Shown piece by piece: positions 28,761-39,969 of a stretch of DNA of 64,000 nucleotides (positions within the stretch are counted from its first letter, which is position 1; each line of letters begins with the position of its first letter). The notes under the pieces are model-generated. The model was not told the origin of the DNA. It saw nothing but the letters and a program-made list of their open reading frames with translations, and made no database searches. Source of the DNA: an uncultured Acidobacteriota bacterium. Lineage in GTDB: Bacteria; Acidobacteriota; UBA6911. The position numbers were made by a program, and so were the translations under genes. The DNA lies in the NCBI GenBank assembly GCA_963809485.1, contig CAWEJX010000012.1, forward strand, positions 224,001 to 288,000, in the 5' to 3' direction.

Positions 28761-30806
28761 TTACCAGACGCGGCAGCGCTTTTCGGGGGCCATGGGGGCG
28801 CCGGGCTTGCACTGGAAAGCCTGCCGGAACTCCGGCATATTGGTAACCACTCCATTGACCCGGAACCGTCCCGCGGAATGCTCGTTGGATTGCGCCTGAA
28901 GACGCGCAGCCTCCGGCGACACATTTTCACACCAGACCTGTCCCCAGCCGAGAAAGAACCTTTGCTCGGGAGTGAACCCGTTGATTGCCTGGGCGTTTTT
29001 TCCGGCGCCGGCCAGGTAAGCCATCAGCGCAATGCGAAGGCCGCCGTTATCCGCGATGTTTTCTCCCAGGGTCAGCTTGCCGTTGACGTGCAGGTCATCG
29101 ATCGCCACGAAGCCATTGTATTCGTCGACCAGGCACTGGGAGCCCTTCTCGAAGGCTTCGGCGTCCTCCGCAGTCCACCAGTCTCCCAGATTGCCTTGCG
29201 CGTCGAACTGCCGTCCCTGGTCGTCGAAGCCGTGGGTCAGCTCATGCCCTATGACTGCTCCGATGCCACCATAGTTCGATGCGTCGTCCCCCTTTCGATC
29301 AAAAAAGGGAGGCTGGAGGATTCCCGCCGGAAAGTTGATGTTGTTTTCCAGCGGATTGTAGTATGCGTTAACGGTCGGCGGCGTCATGCCCCATTCCGCC
29401 TTGTCCACCGGCCCGCCGATTTTCACCAGCTGGCGATGGCTTTCGAATCCGATCGCACGGCGCGCGTTGCCGAGAGTGTCGCCGCGAATGATCTGCAGTT
29501 TCCCGTAGTCGCGCCACCTATCGGGATAGCCGATTTTGTTGGTGATTGCCTGAAGCTTGATGAGCGCCTGCTTCTTGGTCGCGTCCGTCATCCAGGGCAG
29601 ATCCCGGATGTCACGTTTGAGCGCCTCTTCAAGCGCCTGCACCATGACGAGCGTGCGCTCCTTCCCTTCCGGTCCAAAAATCTTTTCGACATAGGCTACG
29701 CCAAGCGCCTCTCCAAGAGCATCGTCCGTGTATGCCACGCAGCGCTTCCAGCGCGGACGAAGCTCCTTTTGCCCTGTGAGGGTTCTGCCGTAAAATGCAA
29801 AGTTTTCATCGACGAAGGCGCGCGGCAGCACCGGCGCGGCGTCGCTGAGCACATTCCAGGTGAGGTAGGTACGGATCTCCTCCATAGTGGCTGCATCGAT
29901 GACGTGGTTCATGCCTTTGAAAAATTCCGGCATACCCACGTTGAGGTCCATAAACTTTGGCGAGGGTATTTCCGCAAAATATCTGTTCCACGCAAAGGCC
30001 GGGCTCAATGTTTGCAGGTCCTGGACCGTCATCTTGTGATAGATTGCGGTCGGATCGCGAAGGGCGATGATGTCCAGCGAAACCTTCGCCAGGTCGGTCT
30101 CGATGCGCATGACGGTTTCCGAGGCGGCTTTCGCTTTATCCGGCGCCCAGCCAAGCAGCTGAAACATGTTCTGGATATGCCGGACGTACTTCTCGCGAAG
30201 CTCCCTGGCCTTCGGATCATCCCGGAAATAGTAGTCGCGATCCGGCAAACCGATCCCCGCCTGCGAGACTCCGGCAATCACCGTGCTGGAGTTCTTGAAG
30301 TCGGGCTCCGCGCCGATTCCGAAGAATACGTTCGGGCCGTTGACATGGAGGTATGCGAGATATGCCGGCAGGTCCTCTTTGGTCTTAAGCGCCGCAATGC
30401 GGTCGAGTTCAGGTTTGAGCGGGGCGATCCCCTGCTTCTCGATCGCCGATTCATCCATGCAGCTTGCATAAAAGTCGCCGATCTTTTGATCGTTGGCATT
30501 TCTTAGCGCGGAGGGTGTACTGGCGCCTTCAAGGATGTCGCGCAGGATGAGGTAGTTGTTCTGGGCAAGCTCGTTGAAGCGCCCCCACTTCGCCTGGTCG
30601 GAGGGAATCGGATTGTTCTTCATCCAGTTGCCGCAGGCAAACTGGTAAAAATCCGTACATGGATCTATGCTGCGGTCCATCGCATCCGAATCGAACATTT
30701 TAATATTCCTGGGCTCGGCCCGGGATTGTGACGGGATTGAAGTCTGAGCCGGCAAAAAGCCGCTCGCCATAAGAATCAGCAAAATCGCCGAAAAGATATT
30801 TCGCAT
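28761..30806 (-). CDS. M13 family metallopeptidase
   Basis: DPCTDFYQFACG, VNAYY, HELTHGFDD, GENIADNGG; signal peptide. Confidence 0.95.
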   Translation of the reverse strand: MRNIFSAILLILMASGFLPAQTSIPSQSRAEPRNIKMFDSDAMDRSIDPCTDFYQFACGNWMKNNPIPSDQAKWGRFNELAQNNYLILRDILEGASTPSALRNANDQKIGDFYASCMDESAIEKQGIAPLKPELDRIAALKTKEDLPAYLAYLHVNGPNVFFGIGAEPDFKNSSTVIAGVSQAGIGLPDRDYYFRDDPKARELREKYVRHIQNMFQLLGWAPDKAKAASETVMRIETDLAKVSLDIIALRDPTAIYHKMTVQDLQTLSPAFAWNRYFAEIPSPKFMDLNVGMPEFFKGMNHVIDAATMEEIRTYLTWNVLSDAAPVLPRAFVDENFAFYGRTLTGQKELRPRWKRCVAYTDDALGEALGVAYVEKIFGPEGKERTLVMVQALEEALKRDIRDLPWMTDATKKQALIKLQAITNKIGYPDRWRDYGKLQIIRGDTLGNARRAIGFESHRQLVKIGGPVDKAEWGMTPPTVNAYYNPLENNINFPAGILQPPFFDRKGDDASNYGGIGAVIGHELTHGFDDQGRQFDAQGNLGDWWTAEDAEAFEKGSQCLVDEYNGFVAIDDLHVNGKLTLGENIADNGGLRIALMAYLAGAGKNAQAINGFTPEQRFFLGWGQVWCENVSPEAARLQAQSNEHSAGRFRVNGVVTNMPEFRQAFQCKPGAPMAPEKRCRVW

Positions 30807-31056
30807 GAAAACCTCTCATTCCCAGGGGAAATGTGGATGAATCGCTTATTTGCCGGTGAGGATCCACCATATCAATGCTCGTAATGCGCCTGCCGGTCTG
30901 CCCTGCTGGGGCGGTTCCGGCGACTCAACCATGCTCCCGCCATTATAGTATGCCCGAAGGTGGTCGGACCGCACAGGTTTCATGCAGGTTGCTGGGGGAG
31001 AAAATTGCTTTTCAACCGCTGCAGGGCGATGTTCATCCTTATAATATCTTGTCAAA

Positions 31057-31629
31057 ATGGGTATTTATCCCCTATTCTCACGCGATCGCGCCAAACAGCA
31101 GAGACGCAATTCCATTAGGGGAGATAAGATGGAGCCTGCCATGGCCGCCTCATCCGCTACCCCCAATGAATTAATGAGCCAGGCGACGCAATCGATAATT
31201 CTCGACCGCACGGATGTATATGCGGCGCTGATCCGCGAGCTGGCCGAACCTCCAAACCGGCCGCTGGTTTTTCACTGCACTGCCGGCAAGGACCGGGCGG
31301 GCATTGGATCGGCAATCGTGCTGACGCTGCTGGGCGTACCGTGGGAGACAGTCCGGGAGAATTACGTGCCGTCCAATTACTATCGCAAGGATGAAAACGA
31401 GCGGGAGCTCAAGAACATACGGGACGGGATCGCCGGAAAACAGGGTATCCCCCCGGATAAGGTTGACATGACTTCAATCGAGGCCATGTTCTATGTCAAA
31501 TCCGAGTACCTGGATGCCGCCCGCCAGGCCGTGATCGGCAAGTACGGCTCGATGGAATCCTACATTCGCGAAGGGCTCGGGATTTCCGATGAGGTAGTGG
31601 AAAAGCTCAGGAATGAGCTTCTCGAGTAA
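31057..31629 (+). pseudogene. Tyrosine-protein phosphatase (PtpB/IphP-like), C-terminal half only
   Basis: PLVFHCTAGKDRAG P-loop and YGSMESYIREGLG tail; N-terminal NFRDLGG/DLR region absent. Confidence 0.65.
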
Positions 31630-31808
31630 GGGTTTCAGTAATCCACAGCCTTGCCGAGCTTCTTGTAGATTTTGGCAGCTCCAGGGCCGGATAACGCCGA
31701 CAAACGCTGAAAAACGTCACTGATGAACGAGGACAAATAAGGTATCAGTCGGCGTTCACGAGTTGATGAGGCGTTCCCGCAGCCTGCCGGGCAGAGGCAT
31801 GCTGCGGC

Positions 31809-32333
31809 TTATTTTGCGGCCGGGCACGGGGAAAAGTAATAGGTTTTGCCTCCCTCGATGCTCTGGGCTTCCAGGCAGGCGGTATCGACCAGCAATTCCG
31901 GCTTGTAGCCGGTCTGCTCCCCGGCTTCCCCGATGTGGAGTTCCACCTTAACCGGGTAGTTGGTGAGGCTTAGGGGCTGAATCTTGTTGTGTTTGACGTC
32001 TTCAAGATTGATAGCTTCCTGGGCCAGGTGGTATTCGGTGATCTTGCCCGCATCGCCCATGTATTCACCCTGGCGGGAGTACGCGATGGATCCATCTTTG
32101 AAATGCCACCGGAACATCGCGGTTTTATCCGGGTAGTTGTTTGCGCTGAAGTCCGTCCACTCTGAAGCCCACCCGAAAACCGCAGTATTTTCGTCCTTGA
32201 GAGTGAAAAAGGTGTTCTCGGTAACAATGCGGTCCTGGACAAATTCGCTGGCCTTGCGCAGTTGCGAGAAACTCTGCACACTCGCACTGATCAGCAAGAA
32301 CACAAGAAATACCAATCTGATAAGCCTGTTCAT
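31809..32333 (-). CDS. Hypothetical secreted protein
   Basis: GGAGA RBS, signal peptide MNRLIRLVFLVFLLISASVQS; no recognised domain. Confidence 0.6.
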   Translation of the reverse strand: MNRLIRLVFLVFLLISASVQSFSQLRKASEFVQDRIVTENTFFTLKDENTAVFGWASEWTDFSANNYPDKTAMFRWHFKDGSIAYSRQGEYMGDAGKITEYHLAQEAINLEDVKHNKIQPLSLTNYPVKVELHIGEAGEQTGYKPELLVDTACLEAQSIEGGKTYYFSPCPAAK

Positions 32334-32629
32334 AGTTTGTTCTCCCGAAACAGCCCGAATCCCTTGCTTCCCCGGCGTCCTGCAGCCTGGACTTGCTGCA
32401 CCGTCACGATCGCCGAGCCGGTTATGTCCGCCACCCTCGGACAGGCACAAACCGGCCGGGCCGACCCTGCCATAGGCCTCTCCACGAACTCATAATAGTC
32501 GATAACCGGTCTCGACGGACTGAAATTCTTATTTTGCGCCTGGGCGATGAGGCGTTTGCGAATCGTGCCGCCGGGATAAGCCCGGAGTCAGGTTTTAGAC
32601 ATAATACAGGGCAAGCATATCTCCTCGCC

Positions 32630-32722
32630 CCCCTCTGATCCTTCGATCCTCAACCTCTTTGACCCTCTGATCCTTTACCCCTTTGATCCTTTGCCCCTTT
32701 GATCCTTTGATCCTATGCCCCC
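32630..32722. repeat. Degenerate 8-mer tandem repeat (consensus near CCTTTGAT)
   Basis: About ten imperfect units of CCT(T/C)TGAT in pyrimidine-rich intergenic DNA. Confidence 0.7.
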
Positions 32723-33165
32723 CTCGCTATCGGCCGCCGCACCTTCCATTAGAAATCTTTTATAAACCCAACAAACGGCATTCCAGCCGCTCCGGCGGCT
32801 TTTTGCTTGACAAGAATGCAAGCCAAACTATCATAGTGCCATGTTTATGCGGCAGTTTCCTATTGTAGACCGCCGGATGTCTTAGAGTCCCTGAATTCTG
32901 TTAAGTTTTGAGTTTCCTGGGGATCAAAGGATCCAGGAAGCCTTTTTTGAAAGCTTTGATTGCCTTTGGCGATACAACAAGCCTTTTGGAGAGCTAGGGC
33001 AGGAGCTGTTTTGGTATCGCGGACCATGGCAGGCCTGTTTCGGAATACGGATCGGTTTGTCCATGACAGTTGCACAGCATCGTCGCCTATGACCGCCAGA
33101 TGCAATTCGGAATCGCCGCGGGTACTCTCGTGTTTTTTCGGCATTTACCAATTAAGGGAAGGAAT

Positions 33166-36100
33166 ATGAAAAATAGAAAATTACTGTTAGGGCAAGTTTT
33201 TGCCATTTCTATTTTGGCATTGTTTATGTCCACGATTCCGTGGGTCCCGTCCGCGATGGCTCAGTCAGCCGATACAGGCGCACTGACCGGGATTATAAAA
33301 GATCCTTCGGGATCGGTAATCAAGGGCGCACAGATCTCGGTGACCAATATCGCGACCGCTCAAAGCCGTCTGCACTCTTCAGGCAACGATGGTTCCTATA
33401 GAATTGCGCTTTTGCCGCCGGGCAAATACTCGGTTAAGATCAGCATGGCCGGCTTTCAGACGGCCGAATTCTCATCGGTAACCATTAATGTTACCGAAAC
33501 TGCCGTTTTGAACTGCACCATGAAAATCGGCATGCCCAGTGAGACCGTTAACAGTTGCAGCCGATGCTGAAATTCTTCAGACCGCGACTTCAACCTTGGG
33601 AACCCTGGTCGACGGGGATAAGGTGACTGCACTGCCTTTAACCACCCGCAACTACACTCAAATACTGGATTTTTCCGCCGGCGTAGCGCCAACGTCGCCA
33701 ATGCGACTGTACTGGGGAAAGGCACGCAGCAGACGAGCGTCAATGGTTCCAATCCAGCTCAGAATAATTACCAGATGGATGGGGTGTCCATTAACAGTAT
33801 TGCCAGTCTCGGGCACGCGAGCGATCAGAACGTTGGCGCCGGAATCGGGATTCCAAATCCGGACGCGCTTCAGGAATTCAAGGTCCAGACTTCAACCTTC
33901 GATGCCAGTTATGGACGGAATCCGGGCGCGAATGTAAATGTCGTCACCAAATCCGGCTCCAATGAGTTGCATGGAACGGGATTCTATTTTTTGAGGGACA
34001 CTTCACTCAACGCCAATCCTTTTTTCTTATAATCGGGATAGAAGGGCGACTGATCCCGAAAAGCCGATCCTCGATCAGCATCAGTACGGATTTACTTTGG
34101 GCGGCCCGATTGTTAAGGACAAGCTTTTCCTGTTTGGCAGCTGGCAGGGATCACGCCAGAAAAATGGGCTTTCAGGCGGGGGACATGTCAATGTCAACTT
34201 GCCACCCATTCCGGAGGGCGACCGCAGTGCGCCTGGTTTTGCCGCCGCCCTTGGAGCGCGAGTTGCGAATTGCAAACTGGGGCTGGACCGGGGAGCCAAT
34301 GTCCCTTGCGACGGATCGAATATCAGTCCCGTGGCACTCAATATACTCAACCTGAAGCTTCCCGACGGCAGCTATTTTTTCCCCGGATCAGGCACCACTG
34401 GCTACGCCCGGAGGGCCTTCAGCATTCCTGCGGAGTACAAGGGGGATCAGTTCCTTATCAATGTTGATTACCTTATCAATCAAAGGAATACGCTGTCAGG
34501 CAGGTTCTTCTATACGCGCGATCCGCAAATATACTCCTATGGGCTACAGCAATCTTCCCGGAAATCCCCAGACGGATTTCTATTCCAACACCAACGTGGT
34601 CGGAAAGCTCACTTCCTCCTTAAGGAATAACTTTACCAACGAGGCACGCTTTTCCTATCAGACGAAATTGGGGAGATATTTTCGATGATGTGATAGATGG
34701 AGCCTCGCCTACTGAGTTAGGCATAAACCCTCCAAATCCAGACCAAGACCCTGCCGCCCTGGATATGGATAGCTAGGCGGCGGACCCTATATGTTTAACT
34801 CCTTCCGTCCCGCGCAGAGCTTGGGAGCCAACTACCAGTATGCGGATCAGATTGCGTGGTCCAAAGGCAACCACACCATCCGTGCCGGATTCGAATACGA
34901 GAGGGTACACTATTTTTCCAGGCCGGGGGCTTATCGGGGATGGCTCTATTTCGGAACCTTTAATGACTTCCTTGTCGGGGGGCCAGGTAATATCTTCATG
35001 TCTATAGCAACTAAAGGAGACGGTCCCAAAGGAGAGTTCGATCACGATTACCGCCAGAACAACGTGAGTGCCTTTGTCCAGGATGACTGGAAGGTAAGCT
35101 CGAATCTAACGCTCAACCTTGGCCTCAGATGGGAGTATAACAGCATGTTGAACGATACCATCGGCAACATGACCAGCGTTTGGCCGAATCTGTTGGCAAC
35201 CGTTCCTATACCTCCCACAGCGCCGACCACATCCGGCCCGGGTTTGGTGGGATTCGTAGTTCCCAAAAACACCAATCCCACAATACGGAACTCCACCGGA
35301 CGGCGTTTTCCAGGTCAGATAACAACAACTCAATTGACGGTCATCCGCCCTACACCAACTTCGGTCCAAGAATTGGATTCGCCTGGCAACCCACCAGCAA
35401 AGGAAATCTGGTTGTGCGCGGAGGCTTCGGCATGTTTTACGACCGGGTACAGGCGTACTATTTTGTCCGTGCTTACCAGGAAAGCCCCCCCTACGCGGTT
35501 TCCCTTGAGTTATGGCCCGGGCAATTCCTACACTCTGGAGAATCCGTTCCCCGACAGTGCCGACGGGATCTTACCCGTCCCGCTGGAGCAATCTCGCCTG
35601 CGATCCCAATGGAACCAACTGCAGCGGTTCCGGCTCCAATTTGAGCACCATGTTTCTGAATCCCAAAGTCGATGTACCCTTGACGTATCAGTACAACGTC
35701 AGCATTCAGTATGAGTTTCTCCGCAACTGGGTGCTGGATGTCGCGTACGTTTCGTCGCGCGGAACGAAACTCATGAATAGCTACAGAAATATCAATCTGG
35801 CCCAACTGGCAACCCCGGAAAATCCAATAAACGGCCAGACCGCCAATACGCCCGCCAACGTAGGTTTGCGGGTGCCCCATCTCGGGTATCAGCCGACCGG
35901 CCTGGGGGGAACGTATTTCGACGGCAGGTCCAACTACCACAGTCTTCAGGCCACGGTGCGTAAAGCGTTTTCCTATGGATTGACGATGCAGGCATCGTAC
36001 ACGTTCAGCAAAAACCTCACGACTCTTGGCGCGGGGGACAGCTCGAATTCCAATGACCCGTTGGATCATGATCAGCAGTATGGGCCGACCGGCTGGAACC

Positions 36101-36690
36101 GGCCGCATCGCTTCATTCTGAACTACCAGTATGATCTGCCTTTCGGGACGCATCAGGGAGCTAAGGGAAAACTCCTCAACGGATGGAGCATTTCCGGAAT
36201 CACCACAATCCAAGACGGCCCTCCCCTCACCTTCACGGAAAGTTCCACACGGAACAGCATTTATGGGGCCAGCGGCTGGCAGAGCCCAGATGTGTGCAGG
36301 GAGCAACCCATGACTCAATCCCGACATCCGGCGATATTCATGATCGGTTGGGCGGAGTAAGCGGCGGCCCCGGTTACTTCAACAAGGCCGCATTCTGTGC
36401 ACTGCCAACCGGCGGGATCTATGGCAATGGCACCGGCTGGGGCAATTCCGGCATTGGTATCGCTCGCGGTCCCGGCCAGTTTAACTGGGATATTTCGATT
36501 ATCAAGAGACACCCCGATAAAAGAAGGTCATACCTTCCAGTTCCGGACAGAGTTTTACAATGCCTTTAACCATACCCAGTTTGCGAGTCCCGCCACTGGG
36601 CTGGGGAATTTCCCCGACACGTTCGGACAAATCAATGCCACAAGCGTGAATCCGCGCATCATTCAGTTCGGGTTTAAATACCTTTTCTAG
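33166..36690 (+). pseudogene. Oar-type TonB-dependent receptor, broken by many frameshifts (pseudogene or sequencing error)
   Basis: Consecutive fragments: [104 protein letters not shown]. Confidence 0.85.
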
Positions 36691-36705
36691 TGCGACTGCT
36701 TCTCT

Positions 36706-36743
36706 CCGATCCCCGCGGCCTCCCGGGAGGCCGCGGGGATCGG
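36706..36743 (+). terminator. Perfect 38 bp GC-rich palindrome after the TonB receptor
   Basis: CCGATCCCCGCGGCCTCCCGGGAGGCCGCGGGGATCGG, 15 bp after the stop codon; no U tract. Confidence 0.6.
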
Positions 36744-36934
36744 TACCGCAGGATTTCCAGCAAGCCGCTCGAACCTGAAGACAAAAACGCCAGGGATTGC
36801 GCTAAAAGAGCAGGTGTCCTCCTGTAGAGCCTGAGGCTTTAGGGTCGCCGGGCATTCAAAGGGCACTGATCGCAACCGAAACATGCCAAAACCCATTCCA
36901 CGCGCAATAAAGATACTAAAGCTTTTTAAACCGC

Positions 36935-37018
36935 AGAATGTCGAATGAAGAATGATGAATTTCGAAGTTCGGTCCTGACTTCTTCGGTTCGGAATTCGAT
37001 ATTCGATATTCAGTATTT
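36935..37018. repeat. 7-mer repeat arrays in inverted orientation (GAATnnn / ATTCGAT)
   Basis: GAATGTC GAATGAA GAATGAT GAATTTC GAAG facing CTTCGGT ... ATTCGAT ATTCGAT ATTCAGT. Confidence 0.6.
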
Positions 37019-37085
37019 CTGTCCCGGTTGCTGTCGATACACCGCCAAAAACGCATTCTCCAGCATTTGCCAAACAGACACTGCC

Positions 37086-37253
37086 TCACCGGCAGGGTCG
37101 GCCGATATCCCAATGTATCCGGCGGTCCCGGACATCGACTCCGTTCGGACATTTGCCTTTACACGCACAGCCCATGCGGCATCCGAGCAAACGGATCGCC
37201 TCACTACGCGTTTACCGCACCTTCTTGTCCGGCGAAGTATAAGGCTCCATCAT
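37086..37253 (-). pseudogene. Decayed remnant resembling the Fe-S C-terminal domain of aldo/keto reductases
   Basis: Manual translation MMEPYTSPDKKVR*TRSEAIRLLGCRMGCACKGKCPNGVDVRD contains an internal stop and a CRM..C...CP cluster; not in the ORF track. Confidence 0.4.
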
Positions 37254-37545
37254 GCCCCGGCACCCTTAGTCCACGCGCTGGATCCCGGAATCAAAGCGAA
37301 ATCCTCAATCGGTGCCCCCCTGCCATCCGCCGACCACCCGTCTCGCATTCGGCTGAGCCACAGGAGCAATATGTCTCTTATAGGAAATTCAAATTATGCA
37401 TAGGAGATTTATGTGATTTGAGGTATATTCTTGTGAAACAAAATGCAGTAGGCAGACACACCCAAGACGGTCTCTGGGATAAGATCCTTCTTACCGATAG
37501 GATATCCTGGGGCAGGTTTTCGATGAGTACAGGGTTACAAAAGCT

Positions 37546-38358
37546 ATGAAACGGGAAAGGGATATGAATACAAAATCGAGGGCCAGGCGCAGCGGATCCC
37601 GCAAGCCTGCCTACATTGTGCCTGCGGTGGACAGGGCAGCCCGCATCCTATCATTGCTGCGAAACGAAGGGCGCGCGATGACCATAGCGGAAATCTCCGA
37701 TGCCACCCGATGGCATAAGAGCAGCGTTCACAAGCTGCTGGTGACCTTGCATCACCACATGCTGCTCGATCGCGACGAGGTGACCAAAAGATACTCCCTC
37801 GGGATCGCGCTCTCGGAATATGGAAGGATCGCGTCGAGCCGCTCCGATATCCTGCATGCCGCCAAATCCTTCCTTAAAGCCCTCGTCGATTACAGCGGTG
37901 AAACCGCAGCTTTGGCAGTCCTGCGCGGGACCCAGATGATTATCGTGGACGTGGAGGAGTCCCTGACTCAGCTCCGCGTCTCTCTGACTATGGGCATGCG
38001 CTCTCCGGCGACGGCAACCTCCAACGGCAAGGCGGTTCTCGCCTACCTCCCGGAAAGCCGGGTTAACGAAATCCTGCAGTCGGAAGGGCTCCCTGCGGCG
38101 ACGCCGAATGCGATCACGAAGCTGGGCCCCTACCGTGTGGAACTGGCCGCCATACGCGAGCGTGGCTATGCAACCGATTTCGAAGAGTTCCAGGAAGGGA
38201 TTGTAGGAGTTTCGGCTCCCGTATTCGATTCAACGAATCAGCCTATCGGTGCGCTCTCCGTGGCGGCGCCCGCTTCCAGGATGACGAAGGATAAAATTCG
38301 CAATTGCGGCAAAAAGGTCAAGGAAATGACGGCCCAGCTATCCGCCATGATCCGTTGA
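37546..38358 (+). CDS. IclR family transcriptional regulator
   Basis: VPAVDRAARIL HTH, KSSVHKLL.TL, ATSNGKAVLAY, IRERGYA.D.EE, SAPVFD; start could be 37564. Confidence 0.93.
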   Translation: MKRERDMNTKSRARRSGSRKPAYIVPAVDRAARILSLLRNEGRAMTIAEISDATRWHKSSVHKLLVTLHHHMLLDRDEVTKRYSLGIALSEYGRIASSRSDILHAAKSFLKALVDYSGETAALAVLRGTQMIIVDVEESLTQLRVSLTMGMRSPATATSNGKAVLAYLPESRVNEILQSEGLPAATPNAITKLGPYRVELAAIRERGYATDFEEFQEGIVGVSAPVFDSTNQPIGALSVAAPASRMTKDKIRNCGKKVKEMTAQLSAMIR

Positions 38359-38563
38359 CCGGACAAGATCCGGATCCTCCCTCCCGTTTCCCGGCCTGAG
38401 GGCAAGCCCTGCCTGCAGAAAATCGACAAATGCTTCCCCCCTGCGAAGCTGGGATCGGGAGGACTGGCTCATAATTTGCGGTGGTTTTGCACACGGGCGG
38501 CCTTCCGGCCGCCCGTTGTGGTATATCCAGGATTCCCGCGGGCGGGTTGTTTCAATCCCTAAA

Positions 38564-38787
38564 AGTCAGGCACCTCCGGCAAAGCCGGAGGCTTGAAAGA
38601 TTGGAACCGCTCAAAGCGGTTGGAGGAGTTACGCTGGTCTTGAACGCTGACTGACGCGGGCAAACGCCGACTCTCGCCGAACAAATCATAGACGTTTGTC
38701 AGCGCTTTTGTCAGCGTATCTCAGCGTTTCAAAATGCGGAGCTGTCAAACTCTATGAATCCCCCGGCAGAGCCGTGGGTTTACCAAT
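38564..38787. mobile_element. Non-autonomous IS200/IS605-like element, copy 2
   Basis: First ~60 bp identical to 1649 onward, same three hairpins, same GGTTTACCAAT end. Confidence 0.7.
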
Positions 38788-38858
38788 AGAATCGAGCACC
38801 CCGGGAACTGCGCCCATCTTTGAGATGAACGGTAGAGAGCCGTCCGTCCCTCTCAGTA

Positions 38859-39866
38859 TTACGCGGGCTTTTTAGCAGGCGCCTTTTTGTCGGGGCTGTA
38901 GAACGCTCCCGTATCCCTCCGGATCAGGAAGAAAACATAGGGTTTATCCACCTTCTGGGTGATGATGGGAGCATGCGTGTACAATGCCGGGCAGACAACC
39001 ACACAAGGGCTGGTAATATTGTAAACTTCTTCCTCCTTGCCCATATGCAGGTCAATTTGCGCCCCCAGCTGATTCGGATTCCGGGCATCCAGCCCGACAT
39101 AAACCAGGAATTCATCGCCTTCATGAATGTGCGGGTCAAATCCGGGAATGTTATGCCAGTTGCCCAGTCCGGTATAGAACCCCCATGTGAAGTTGACGAT
39201 GAACCCTTCAAGGTCTTTGCTCTTGGGCCATGAAAGCCAGTCCGCGTTTCCCGAACCTATCTTTGTCTGTTCCGGCATCCCTGTGGCGGACATCTTCTTG
39301 ATCAGGCGCCCATATTCGTTTTGGGATGAGCCTGCCCCCGGCTTTTCGGAAAGCTTCGTCTCGGCGTATTCCCCGGCAAGTCCGATGGCATAGTGCGCGA
39401 AGGGCTTCTCGACTTTTTTGGTCACGATCGGGCCGTACGGAAAGTTTTTGGGGATGCATACAATCGAGGGGATGTTGATCACGTGCTTTTCATATTCTTT
39501 GCCCAGGGATATCTCGATCTCCGCTCCCAGGTAGTTCGGGTCTTTGGGCTCCAGGCCTGCAAAAACGAGACAAGTGTCATAAGGGTGCATCTTCGCCGTG
39601 GTTTCGGCGGCGTTCCAGGCGCCGGCCTTACTGTAATAACCAAAAGAAAAATTGGTATTGGTCCCATTCAGATCGTTGCGGTCCATGCGGACAAAATAGT
39701 CGGCATCTCCGGGTCCGCTTTGTCCTACCCTATAAAAGAAGTTATGGAAATAATGCCCATACTTTGCTTCGGCCGCGGTTACCAGGGAACCCAGGGAGCT
39801 CGCCACGGCCAGCCCGGCGGTTCCAACAACCACATCCTTCACAAATTCTCTTCGCGTCGTGCTCAT
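38859..39866 (-). CDS. Tat-exported double-cupin-like protein, type Y copy 1 (335 aa)
   Basis: TTRREFVK signal; two repeats of H.H..D[E].L...G.D.....LG.[EQ]I...G.E.E...I..P.....P....H.P; start at ATG 39866 behind AAGGAG. Confidence 0.8.
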   Translation of the reverse strand: MSTTRREFVKDVVVGTAGLAVASSLGSLVTAAEAKYGHYFHNFFYRVGQSGPGDADYFVRMDRNDLNGTNTNFSFGYYSKAGAWNAAETTAKMHPYDTCLVFAGLEPKDPNYLGAEIEISLGKEYEKHVINIPSIVCIPKNFPYGPIVTKKVEKPFAHYAIGLAGEYAETKLSEKPGAGSSQNEYGRLIKKMSATGMPEQTKIGSGNADWLSWPKSKDLEGFIVNFTWGFYTGLGNWHNIPGFDPHIHEGDEFLVYVGLDARNPNQLGAQIDLHMGKEEEVYNITSPCVVVCPALYTHAPIITQKVDKPYVFFLIRRDTGAFYSPDKKAPAKKPA

Positions 39867-39969
39867 GCCTGTCTCTCCTTCTGTGACGTGCAGCCGGCCG
39901 CAGGACTCCTGAGACCGGCCAGCAAAATCTGTTGCTTCGCTTAAACTCGATACGTCTCCCAAAACGGGC

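Noticed and set aside
28701-30506. 601 aa plus-strand ORF
   Set aside because: Antisense shadow of the M13 peptidase; no motifs; expected with high-GC codon usage
32630-32722. Possible CRISPR array among the short repeats
   Set aside because: Units are 7-10 bp, degenerate and lack unique spacers; no cas genes
33070-33110. Possible fourth copy of the receptor leader (TTGCAC...GCCAGATGCAA) before the 33166 receptor
   Set aside because: Only short partial matches with different spacing; not convincing without a covariance search
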